From NCBI GenBank assembly GCA_964419945.1, contig CAYQRU010000004.1, forward strand, positions 2,299 through 66,298: DNA of 64,000 nucleotides, read 5' to 3'. The position numbers and the translations under genes were made by a program. Below the pieces are notes generated by a model. The model made no database searches. It was given only the letters and a program-made list of their open reading frames with translations, and was not told where the DNA came from. Positions 31,532 through 40,055 of this stretch are shown here, in pieces (position 1 is the first letter of the stretch; each line of letters begins with the position of its first letter). Source of the DNA: an uncultured Bacteroidales bacterium. GTDB lineage: Bacteria; Bacteroidota; Bacteroidia; Bacteroidales; JAAYJT01.

Positions 31532-32446
31532 TTACTGTTGGATTTTAATGTCCAGTTCCATAAAGCCGTTGTCTGTATTATCATTATGTAAGACTTTAAT
31601 CAGACCCAGTTTTCCGGAAGCTGTCTTAAAAGGTATGATCTTTCCTTCGGTGGCCCATTTGAACTTTTTCTTTCCCCATACTTCGTTGTAGGAGAGGATG
31701 AGAAGGCTATCGTTCTGGGCGGCATCAAATGCTTCGGCAGCAATGGGTGCGCCGTCCACGCTGATATCCCACAGGGTGTAATTACGTGTTTGCCAGGTCA
31801 TGATTGTTGGATAAAAATTTTTCGCATCATCGCTGAAATTATCCATTTCGCCGGGTGACGACAATGTGGGTCCCGGGGGATTATCTTCATTTTTGAAATA
31901 ACAAAGCATATCAACGGCTTGCTGAAACAAATGCGCGGAGTCGACACCGTAAACTTTTCCGGTGGCAGGAATCAAAAACTGCCCGTAATCAGTATTGTTT
32001 TGGAATCCAAGCCTGACAGAGGGGAGATAATAAATCCCTCCAAATAATGAATTGGGGTCTTTATGCACTACAAGACTGATTTCTGCGCTCAGCCTTTCTC
32101 TGTCCATCACTGCAAATAACCAGGTAACGACAGGTTCGACATTCTGAAAAAACGATTTTTCCACATCAACATAAGTAGCATAAAGTGCCGTATCCATTAC
32201 CACCACCGTGTTCCCATCTGCCAGTTTCTTTTTAATGGTGAAGTTGGTGATATGGCTGTCGTCACTGCGTGCCTGAATACCAAAGAAAAGACTATGCCCA
32301 ACTGCAACAGTATCATTGTTTTGTGTATAATATGCACCTGTCTTGAAATTGATTACCGGTGGTTTGTATTTCTTTTCTTTCCTGCAACCCAGAACGATGC
32401 ATACTGCAAGGATAAGGCACCAATATTGAAAAAGTCGCTGATTCAT
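31532..32446 (-). CDS. Uncharacterised surface lipoprotein
   Basis: Lipobox IVLG-C followed by RKEKK; C-terminal IPFKTASGKLGLIKV motif seen in Bacteroidota surface lipoproteins; 23 bp from the TBDR gene. Confidence 0.7.
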   Translation of the reverse strand: MNQRLFQYWCLILAVCIVLGCRKEKKYKPPVINFKTGAYYTQNNDTVAVGHSLFFGIQARSDDSHITNFTIKKKLADGNTVVVMDTALYATYVDVEKSFFQNVEPVVTWLFAVMDRERLSAEISLVVHKDPNSLFGGIYYLPSVRLGFQNNTDYGQFLIPATGKVYGVDSAHLFQQAVDMLCYFKNEDNPPGPTLSSPGEMDNFSDDAKNFYPTIMTWQTRNYTLWDISVDGAPIAAEAFDAAQNDSLLILSYNEVWGKKKFKWATEGKIIPFKTASGKLGLIKVLHNDNTDNGFMELDIKIQQ

Positions 32447-32559
32447 GAGGGTTCGATTTGTTGATTAATCAGTAATTAATAAACATTGACAGATTCTTCA
32501 ATTATCTGAAAATGAATGATTTGTTATATCATACATGCTTTGAAAGGATCTGGATGGCA

Positions 32560-33438
32560 TTATCTTACCACTGTCTTGATTGACTTTAGATGGCCATCTT
32601 TTCCAACGCAATTTACAAAGTACACACCGGGCAGGTAATTGTCAATGACCAATTCTTTCATTTCATTGATATTTTTCTCGAAAACAAGCCCACCCCTGGT
32701 ATCATAGATTTTTATACTGGTGGTATTCATCAGATTTTTGATTGCAAAAGTGCCAATGGCAGGATTAGGATATACAACAGGTTCATAAGATTGTTCAATT
32801 TCCCTGATCCCGGTAATGGCTTCACCAGTGATGATAATATTATCTATCAATGTGCTTCCGCCGGGTTGTATGGGATTATTGTTAATATCCAGATTGGATG
32901 CCAATATCCATCTGATGGAAATATTGCTGTTAAGGTTTTCACATTCTGCGGGAAGACTGATGCCATCAACAAATCCATTTTCCCAACTGTCGGTGCATAT
33001 AACGGTTGAGAGTTCATTCCATGGTGATGACCCCGATAATTTATATTGTATTTTAAAGTCTCTTGGGCCTGGTGTTCCGGTTTCTGATTTTTGCCTGCTG
33101 TAAAGCTTAATATTTTTATACCCCGGTGTACGGAATTTCACCATCCAGTAGATGGAATCAGCACCATCGTTCCATCCGGTTGTCTTGGCACATTTATCAG
33201 TACCTCCGTCAAAACCGTTGGCCGTGTAATCAATCTCAAGCTCGAAATAGGAGGGAGTACCGAATGTTCCATATTCACATGACAGGAAGCGGTTCACATT
33301 GGTTGGGATAGCCACATCAGGAAACTCATCTGCAGAATTTTCCGGAAAGATCCATCCCGCGATTGTGTCCTGTGCCAGCATGTTTGCTGAGATCAGCAAT
33401 AAAGCAAGCATTCCTGTGAGCGTCATTTTTCTTTTCAT
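32560..33438 (-). CDS. T9SS type A sorting domain protein with beta-rich N-terminal domain
   Basis: Sec signal (MLA-Q); CTD with VYPNPA, IKIYDTRG, LPGVYFV and terminal KTVVR. Confidence 0.85.
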   Translation of the reverse strand: MKRKMTLTGMLALLLISANMLAQDTIAGWIFPENSADEFPDVAIPTNVNRFLSCEYGTFGTPSYFELEIDYTANGFDGGTDKCAKTTGWNDGADSIYWMVKFRTPGYKNIKLYSRQKSETGTPGPRDFKIQYKLSGSSPWNELSTVICTDSWENGFVDGISLPAECENLNSNISIRWILASNLDINNNPIQPGGSTLIDNIIITGEAITGIREIEQSYEPVVYPNPAIGTFAIKNLMNTTSIKIYDTRGGLVFEKNINEMKELVIDNYLPGVYFVNCVGKDGHLKSIKTVVR

Positions 33439-33528
33439 AGCATTTCATTTTTAGGTTAATGATTTGAAATAGAATAATTTACTTCATTATCAAGCAATTT
33501 GTGTTGCTCAGAAATTTTCAGTTTCAAC

Positions 33529-33553
33529 CCGTTATGTAAAATTTGCATAACGG
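33529..33553. promoter_or_regulatory. Palindromic operator candidate 1 (ModE-box-like)
   Basis: CCGTTATG-TAAAATTTG-CATAACGG: perfect 8-bp inverted repeat, no U tract on either side, 90 bp upstream of the T9SS-LP-TBDR genes. Confidence 0.6.
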
Positions 33554-33565
33554 TAATTAAAAAAT

Positions 33566-33940
33566 TTATTCGACAATTTTGTTCAGATCATCCATCATTT
33601 TATTGAAATGACTGAGAATGCCTGGTTCAATTTCTTCATAGAGTTTATCAAAAAACTGAACGATTTTTTCTCCTTTGGGTGTAAGCAAAGTCTCTCCGCC
33701 TTTTTTACCTCCCCTTTGTTTGTCAATTAGCTTGAATCCAAGGCGTTCTTCAATATTTTTCAGGTTTTGCCAGGTTTGCCGGTAGCTATAGCCCATGATG
33801 CCAACGGCTGCTTTGAGTGAACCTGTTTCTTTTATCGCTTTGAGTAGTCTCCACTTTCCTTCACCCAGTACACTGATTGAAGCATCCGTTTCGATCCAGA
33901 ACTTATACCGAAGGTGCAGTTGCTGTGGCTTTGGACTCAT
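33566..33940 (-). CDS. ModE-type winged-helix transcriptional regulator (N-terminal domain only; start taken at ATG 33940)
   Basis: LGEGKWRLLKAIKETGSLKAAVGIMGYSYRQTW...QRGGKKGGETLLTPKG matches the ModE DNA-binding domain; no TOBE/molbindin domains. Confidence 0.85.
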   Translation of the reverse strand: MSPKPQQLHLRYKFWIETDASISVLGEGKWRLLKAIKETGSLKAAVGIMGYSYRQTWQNLKNIEERLGFKLIDKQRGGKKGGETLLTPKGEKIVQFFDKLYEEIEPGILSHFNKMMDDLNKIVE

Positions 33941-34087
33941 CTCAATTATTTTTTCACATATTTTTGACAAAGAAACGGGCTGCAACCCTTGTTCAATGCA
34001 GAATCTTTCTATTCAATACGCAATGGATTGATTTTACACATATTTCTCATCAAACAAATTTACAGAATATAAAATTGTTGCATCTTT

Positions 34088-34112
34088 GCGAAATGCAAAA
34101 TTAACATAACGG
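34088..34112 (+). promoter_or_regulatory. Operator candidate 2 (related to site 1)
   Basis: GCGAAATGCAAAATTAACATAACGG matches the reverse complement of site 1 at 20 of 25 positions; it overlaps the end of a CATCTTTG -7-like element, 18 bp before the ATG at 34131. Confidence 0.55.
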
Positions 34113-34130
34113 TTCAAATCTACACATGTC

Positions 34131-35210
34131 ATGACAAAAAAAATGTTATTTTCAATTGCTGCGGTACTGCTGATCTTTGTGCTCGCAGCACAGAAATTTA
34201 TGTCAGAAACCAATTCCGATGCAATCAGCGGCGCAACAAAACCCATGGCAACGGACGGTAACAGTTTGTTTCACAAGACAAAGGAAGTAAGCCTGAAATC
34301 CGGATCGCTTGAGATAGAAGGCGAGGTGCAGTTGCCCGGGAAAGTTGACTTTGATAAATTATACAAAAGGGAAGTATTTATAAAAGAAGCGCTGTTCGAC
34401 AAAACATCAGGCATTGACTTTATCGGTGCATACCGTTATCGGGGTTACTCTCTTTTCGATATATTACATCCATTTATACACCATAAAAAGAACATTGAAA
34501 TATTCCGTCCTGCCATTGATCTTTATGTGATCATTGAAAATTCTGCCGGTGATAATGTTGTATTTAGCTGGTCTGAGATTTTTCATACCAACAATCCTCA
34601 CCAGGTGATGATTGCCACTGAAATGGCACCGGTTGTTCCCTATCGCAAAGAAGTCAGCTACATCACAGGCGATACCTGGAAAGTTGTAGCTTCAAACGAT
34701 TTATTCGCATACCGTGTACTGGTTGATCCCGTTAAGATTGTTGTCCGTTCATTCGACAGGAAAGACTATCCCATAAACAGGGAACTTGATCCGCTTTACA
34801 GTCCTGAAGTGCATGTGCTGCTTCATGAAACCACAATTCTGGACATTAATCCCATTGAGGATGAAAGTAAATACGTCCGGTATTATTCAAGCTTTTACGG
34901 TATGGGTATGGGATATCATCCGGCTAAATATTTTCAGGGACCTACACTTAAAAGCATACTGGAGAATTCTGTTGATCTGTTTGATCCCGGACTGATCCGT
35001 CATGGATTGGTATGTTTTGCAGGCGTGGATGGCTACAGGACTATATTTAGTTTCAGTGAGTTATTCAACCGTACCGACCAGGTATTCGCGATTCTTGCCG
35101 TTGCTGATGATCCAAATGATGGAGGTTTTTACAGGATTTTCCATCCTGCTGAGTTTTATGCCGACCGCTCGGTCAAATCGTTGACTGAGATTTATATGTT
35201 TACACATTAA
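34131..35210 (+). CDS. Exported protein with DxxSGAT motif and two molybdopterin-oxidoreductase-like (MsrP/SO) folds
   Basis: Hydrophobic N-terminus; DAISGAT at aa 30-36; repeat 1 SLEIEGEV..YRGYSLFDIL..GDNVVFSWSEI; repeat 2 FQGPTLKSIL..GVDGYRTIFSFSEL..GGFYRIFHP..DRSVKSLTEI. Confidence 0.6.
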   Translation: MTKKMLFSIAAVLLIFVLAAQKFMSETNSDAISGATKPMATDGNSLFHKTKEVSLKSGSLEIEGEVQLPGKVDFDKLYKREVFIKEALFDKTSGIDFIGAYRYRGYSLFDILHPFIHHKKNIEIFRPAIDLYVIIENSAGDNVVFSWSEIFHTNNPHQVMIATEMAPVVPYRKEVSYITGDTWKVVASNDLFAYRVLVDPVKIVVRSFDRKDYPINRELDPLYSPEVHVLLHETTILDINPIEDESKYVRYYSSFYGMGMGYHPAKYFQGPTLKSILENSVDLFDPGLIRHGLVCFAGVDGYRTIFSFSELFNRTDQVFAILAVADDPNDGGFYRIFHPAEFYADRSVKSLTEIYMFTH

Positions 35211-35477
35211 TCCACCATGAGTTAGCATTCGGAAGTTCGGGGTCAACAGTTAGTCAGCTTGAAACCTGAGTGAGTGTGCAATGCCACCATAAGAAAAGTA
35301 CATGCCTCAAAACTGTTAACTGCCTGTAGAGACTGCCTTTTTCTGGATATTCCTGCTATTTGATACTGCAGTCAGGATCATTCTGAACGGCATCTTTATA
35401 AAATTTGTATTTTCGTGGCTGAAATTCACTTCAGGCTCCGAATACTTATTTTAAACCCTGAAACATAACACTCAGAC

Positions 35478-36800
35478 ATGCAAATACTGGAAGAATTGAA
35501 AAAACTGCTTCACTTTTTTAAGCTCGATGCAGAACTGGAAAATCATGATATCATTCATGAAGAGATCAGGAAAGGGATCATCTTCAAAGGCACGAATCTA
35601 TGGGTATTGATGTTTGCCATCATTGTTGCATCAGTGGGTTTAAACATGAACTCAACTGCTGTTATTATCGGCGCTATGTTGATCTCTCCGCTGATGGGGC
35701 CAATCAATGGCATGGGCTACAGTATTGCCACGTATAATTTTGATCTTTTCCGTCAATCACTGAAGAATTTCAATTTTGCAGTAATTGCAAGCCTTTTCGC
35801 ATCTACTGTGTATTTTGCATTGAGTCCTATTTCGACCGCACATTCAGAATTACTTGCCCGCACCAGTCCAACCATCTACGATGTACTAATCGCATTGTTT
35901 GGAGGGCTGGCAGGGATTGTTGCCATCAGCAGCCGTTTGAAGGGAAATGTGATACCCGGCGTGGCTATTGCAACCGCATTGATGCCTCCACTTTGCACTG
36001 CAGGATATGGCCTGGCGACTTTCCAGTTTAATTATTTTTTTGGAGCGGTCTACCTGTTTACCATTAACACAATTTTCATTGCTTTTGCATCTGTTTGGGT
36101 TTCACAGATACTTAAGTTTCCGATACGGGGCGCTATCGAAGAAAGGCGCAAGAAGAAGATTAACAGTACTATTACAGCCATCATCACAGTAGTTCTGCTG
36201 CCGAGTATTTATTTTGGTTACCAGCTTACCCAGCAGGAAAAATTTTTTCAGAGCGCTAGTAAATATGTTTCTAATGTCAGCCTGCATGAAGGGAATTACC
36301 TTTTAAACTATTCGATTGATCCTAAAACAAAGAATATCATATTGGTTTACGGTGGTAATCTTCTGAATGAAAAACAGAAAGATGCTATTGCCGATAAATC
36401 AAAGGATTTTGACCTTAAAGATGCAAATATCACAGTGGAGCAGGGACTGACATTTGGTGATTTAAATGAAAAAGCAGGAGAAGTATTCCGTTTGCAGGAG
36501 CAGATCAATCTGTTACATATTGCTTTGGATCAGCGTGTGGCTGAAATTGACAGCATCAGGCAAAGAGACGCTTTTGGAAGTGTAATCCTTGGAGAAATTA
36601 GCGCGCTTTTTCCACAGGTTGCTGGTTGTTCATATTCTGACACCTATGTGTTTCACGATACCTTAACATCTCCACTGAAGACTTCGGTTGTGATTTTGTC
36701 ACTTGACAGGAAAGGACTATCATCAGAGGAAAAACAACGAATCGGGCTTTGGCTCAAAAAAAGACTGACTGGCGAGAGTGTGAAAGTAATTTTCGAATGA
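35478..36800 (+). CDS. DUF389 / TIGR00341-family membrane protein
   Basis: VASVGLNMNSTAVIIGAMLISPLMGPI, PGVAIATALMPPLCTAG. Confidence 0.9.
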   Translation: MQILEELKKLLHFFKLDAELENHDIIHEEIRKGIIFKGTNLWVLMFAIIVASVGLNMNSTAVIIGAMLISPLMGPINGMGYSIATYNFDLFRQSLKNFNFAVIASLFASTVYFALSPISTAHSELLARTSPTIYDVLIALFGGLAGIVAISSRLKGNVIPGVAIATALMPPLCTAGYGLATFQFNYFFGAVYLFTINTIFIAFASVWVSQILKFPIRGAIEERRKKKINSTITAIITVVLLPSIYFGYQLTQQEKFFQSASKYVSNVSLHEGNYLLNYSIDPKTKNIILVYGGNLLNEKQKDAIADKSKDFDLKDANITVEQGLTFGDLNEKAGEVFRLQEQINLLHIALDQRVAEIDSIRQRDAFGSVILGEISALFPQVAGCSYSDTYVFHDTLTSPLKTSVVILSLDRKGLSSEEKQRIGLWLKKRLTGESVKVIFE

Positions 36801-36845
36801 TTTGAAATTACTTGTTTAGAGAAAAATGTAACGGTGTCAGGATTT

Positions 36846-38609
36846 CTATAGCTGAACCAGAAAAACTTCCTTTTTCCCGTTTCTAATTATTTCAACAATA
36901 ACAGTTTCACCAGTGTTCAGACTATTCAGTCTGGCCATGAATTCGTATATGTTTTCTACCTGCAATCCATTCATTCCGATAATTATATCGCCTTTTTGAA
37001 TTCCTGCCCTTGCAGCAGGACCATCCTGCCGGACACCATCTACACCAAGTCCCTGCCGGGCAGAAGCAATGTCTGGTATTATTCCTAAGGTAACTTTATA
37101 ACCACGCCCCATACCTCTGCGCATCATTGTACCGCTCTCAGCAAAGGTAAGCTCTTCATCTCGGTTTGCAAGATGCTTACTGAGAGCATGAACGAACTCA
37201 CAAATGCTTTTATGACCATCCATATTGAGTTTTTCCCAGGAGTCATCAGGTGTGTGATAATCCTCATGTGCACCGGTAGTGATAAACAGCACCGGTATTG
37301 AAGCTGAGTAGAATGAGGCATGGTCAGAAGGGCCATATCCATCGGGCTGCCGGTTGATTTTAAAAGGATAATCAGGCTCCAGAAGCGTAAGAATTTCATT
37401 CATTTCCTTTGCTGTTCCTGTCCCTCCAACCGTAAGAGACATATCTTCTTTCAACCTTCCTATCATATCAAGGTTAATCATTGCTTTGATCTGTCCGGGA
37501 GCAAACGGAGCATGATCAATGAAGTATTTTGATCCGATCAATCCCATTTCTTCTGCGCCAAAAGCAATGAATATGATAGATCGTTTGTTATCAAAGCGTT
37601 CTGAAGAAAATGTCGTTGCCAGTTCGAGCAATGCGGCAATGCCAGAGGCATTATCATCAGCGCCATAATGGATGGCCAATGTATCTGGCATTCGCGATCC
37701 GGAGCCTGTTCCGCCCATTCCAAGATGATCGTAATGTGCTCCAATCACGATGTATTCTTCATTGAGATGCCGGTGGTTTCCGGGAAGTTTGGCAACCACA
37801 TTCTGTGTATTGACCCTTACATATTCCAGACTAACTTTGGCTTCGACCTGGGTGAAAGTCTCGAAAGAAAACGGTTGCATTGATGCCTGGAGCTCTTTTT
37901 CAAGATCTTCCAATTTAAAACCTCTTCCTGAAATAAGGTGATTTGCCAATTTGCGTGTAATATTTAGAACAGGTAATCCTGAATCAGACGCATTCTTATC
38001 GTAATAAGCAGGCATAAGCTTATCCTCTTTGTCAAGAGAGGTTCCTTTCACAAGTAGCAACCCAATTGCACCACGGTCGCGGGCATTAATGGCTTTCATC
38101 CTGTCTGATGCATGTGCGATAAAATCACTTTTCGGGTTTTCTGGTTCCGGATCACCGACAAGAGCGAGTATCCATTTTCCGTTTACATCAGAATTGGCAT
38201 AGTCATCCCACCGGCCAGGCATGACAATACCATAACCGGCAAAAAATACCTGTCCTTTGGCAGTTGCATTTGCTGAAAAAGATAATGGAACAAAATCAAC
38301 TTCCACCGAAGTTTCAAAATCTTCGGTCAAAAGATAATTTTCTCCTGCATACTTTACACCTGTTACGACATCAAACGACTGAAATCCATTGTCGAACATT
38401 AGCTTTAAACCGCTTTCAGCAAAATGATCCCTGATATAAGCAGCAGCAAATTTGTCGCCTTCAGTTCCGGGATACCTGCCCTGCAATTGTTCACTGCTCA
38501 GATATTGAATATGATGAAGCGATCGTTCACTTTTAAATGTCTGCGGGTAAAGCTGCAATGTCATTCCTGAAAACAGAATGACAGCCACTATGCTACGAAT
38601 CATAGACAT
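36846..38609 (-). CDS. M28 family zinc aminopeptidase with PA and C-terminal PDZ domains
   Basis: IGAHYDHLG, GADDNASG, GAEEMG, NLDMIGR, SDHASF, DYHTP; PDZ LGIIPD..GPAARAGIQKGD. Confidence 0.92.
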   Translation of the reverse strand: MSMIRSIVAVILFSGMTLQLYPQTFKSERSLHHIQYLSSEQLQGRYPGTEGDKFAAAYIRDHFAESGLKLMFDNGFQSFDVVTGVKYAGENYLLTEDFETSVEVDFVPLSFSANATAKGQVFFAGYGIVMPGRWDDYANSDVNGKWILALVGDPEPENPKSDFIAHASDRMKAINARDRGAIGLLLVKGTSLDKEDKLMPAYYDKNASDSGLPVLNITRKLANHLISGRGFKLEDLEKELQASMQPFSFETFTQVEAKVSLEYVRVNTQNVVAKLPGNHRHLNEEYIVIGAHYDHLGMGGTGSGSRMPDTLAIHYGADDNASGIAALLELATTFSSERFDNKRSIIFIAFGAEEMGLIGSKYFIDHAPFAPGQIKAMINLDMIGRLKEDMSLTVGGTGTAKEMNEILTLLEPDYPFKINRQPDGYGPSDHASFYSASIPVLFITTGAHEDYHTPDDSWEKLNMDGHKSICEFVHALSKHLANRDEELTFAESGTMMRRGMGRGYKVTLGIIPDIASARQGLGVDGVRQDGPAARAGIQKGDIIIGMNGLQVENIYEFMARLNSLNTGETVIVEIIRNGKKEVFLVQL

Positions 38610-38615
38610 ATACCT

Positions 38616-39134
38616 TTATAATAAATTGAAATCCTTTTTCAGGATACTTGCCCATTCCTCTATTCTCTGAAGAGTAAGTCCGGGCTGAGAATCGTCATCA
38701 ATGGCAAGACCAACAAATTTACCATCCTTTTCGGCTGATGAGAAATAGTAATCATACCCTTCTACCGGCCAGGCGCCAACAACCATTGATTTATCGGGCA
38801 GGCGGCAATAGATAGTGCCCATGCCATCCACAAAACTCTCCGGGTAAAGCTTCTGGTCGCCAAGACCGAACAAAGCTACTTTCTTACCTTTGAAATTGAT
38901 TTCAACAAGGTTATCAATAAACAATTCCCAGTCCCGGTGCATATCCCCGATTCCCCACGCCGATGTACCGAGTATCAGGTAGTCATATTTCTCAATGTCC
39001 TGTGGTTTTGCGTTTGCAATGTTGTGTATATCAACATTCGGCTTACCAAGTGTATCCCTTATCAGGGATGCTACTTTATGCGTGCTGCCTTTTGTGCTTC
39101 CGCCATAGAATAGTCCAATCGTTGCCATCTTCAT
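38616..39134 (-). CDS. Long-chain flavodoxin
   Basis: IGLFYG, LILGTSAWGIG, VALFGLGDQ..YPESFVDGMG, FVGLAIDDD. Confidence 0.92.
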   Translation of the reverse strand: MKMATIGLFYGGSTKGSTHKVASLIRDTLGKPNVDIHNIANAKPQDIEKYDYLILGTSAWGIGDMHRDWELFIDNLVEINFKGKKVALFGLGDQKLYPESFVDGMGTIYCRLPDKSMVVGAWPVEGYDYYFSSAEKDGKFVGLAIDDDSQPGLTLQRIEEWASILKKDFNLL

Positions 39135-39248
39135 AAATGTTTTTAATTATACGCTAAATTAACGCGGATTATTGTTTCAATGTTCAACTGCAGAAGTCTG
39201 GCAGAGAACTGTAAGTTAACAATTTTTAAGATTTTGAAAACATCCTGA

Positions 39249-39276
39249 TGTAACAAATAAACCTGTCAGGCGTCTT
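39249..39276 (+). promoter_or_regulatory. ECF sigma-type promoter candidate
   Basis: TGTAAC-N16-CGTCTT upstream of the ORF at 39470. Confidence 0.55.
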
Positions 39277-39469
39277 ATATTTGTTAAATTGATATGCTGA
39301 TTATCCTTCAACGTTCACTTTCGTACACAAGTTTTGCTGAATTGAACACATCCACATCCCATAAATCAATAAACTATAAACCAAGTAACACAATATCAGA
39401 TAAATACCAAAATGGCATGCTTTTAGTCCTCTTTAGTCATCAATTAATCTTAACTCAAATATATATACA

Positions 39470-39910
39470 ATGAAAACCCAAACACTCCACCCCAGCCAGG
39501 GAATAAAAATTCCCCTCATCGTTGTCCTTTTTGTTATGTTCTTTGCAATGACCGGCTTTAATGGCTATGCATCTGACTTTGTTTTCCCCGTACCTGAAGA
39601 AGAAAAGCCAGTAAATGATATTCCATTTGATACCCATGAAATAGCTGTAAACTATTTATTTGAACAAGCTACGGCTGGTCTTGAGGTACCTGCCGAAAGT
39701 TATGTTGATGATATTCCTTTTGAAACTGCTGTGGTGGTTGCTAAACTCAATGATAAGAAAGCATCACAGGATAATCACAACATCAGCGATCTGCTTCCTG
39801 AAGATGTAATGGATCACCTGAATAACCTGGCAAAAGCAGGTCTTATTTCGATCATAATTATATTGAGTGCAAGTGTTTTGGGCTTTTTATATTTTTCCTA
39901 TGTGTATTGA
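39470..39910 (+). CDS. Hypothetical exported, C-terminally anchored protein with two acidic DIPF[DE]T repeats
   Basis: Signal-like N-terminus; repeats EEKPVNDIPFDT and AESYVDDIPFET; C-terminal hydrophobic helix. Confidence 0.7.
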   Translation: MKTQTLHPSQGIKIPLIVVLFVMFFAMTGFNGYASDFVFPVPEEEKPVNDIPFDTHEIAVNYLFEQATAGLEVPAESYVDDIPFETAVVVAKLNDKKASQDNHNISDLLPEDVMDHLNNLAKAGLISIIIILSASVLGFLYFSYVY

Positions 39911-40055
39911 GCAATTCCAGATTTTAAAGCAAAACATTTAAGGTAGCCTTTTAGTTAGAAATGGTTGAATACCACTGCCTGTCGCTGTAAACTCATAAAC
40001 ACGACAGGCAGTTTCTTTGTTACTTTTCAATAGATACCGTTTCTGCAGGGAAATC

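Noticed and set aside
33529-33553. Site 1 palindrome as an intrinsic terminator of the ModE-like gene
   Set aside because: There is no U tract on either strand, the stem is AT-rich, and a related copy with a broken left arm exists at 34088, which favours a protein-binding site.
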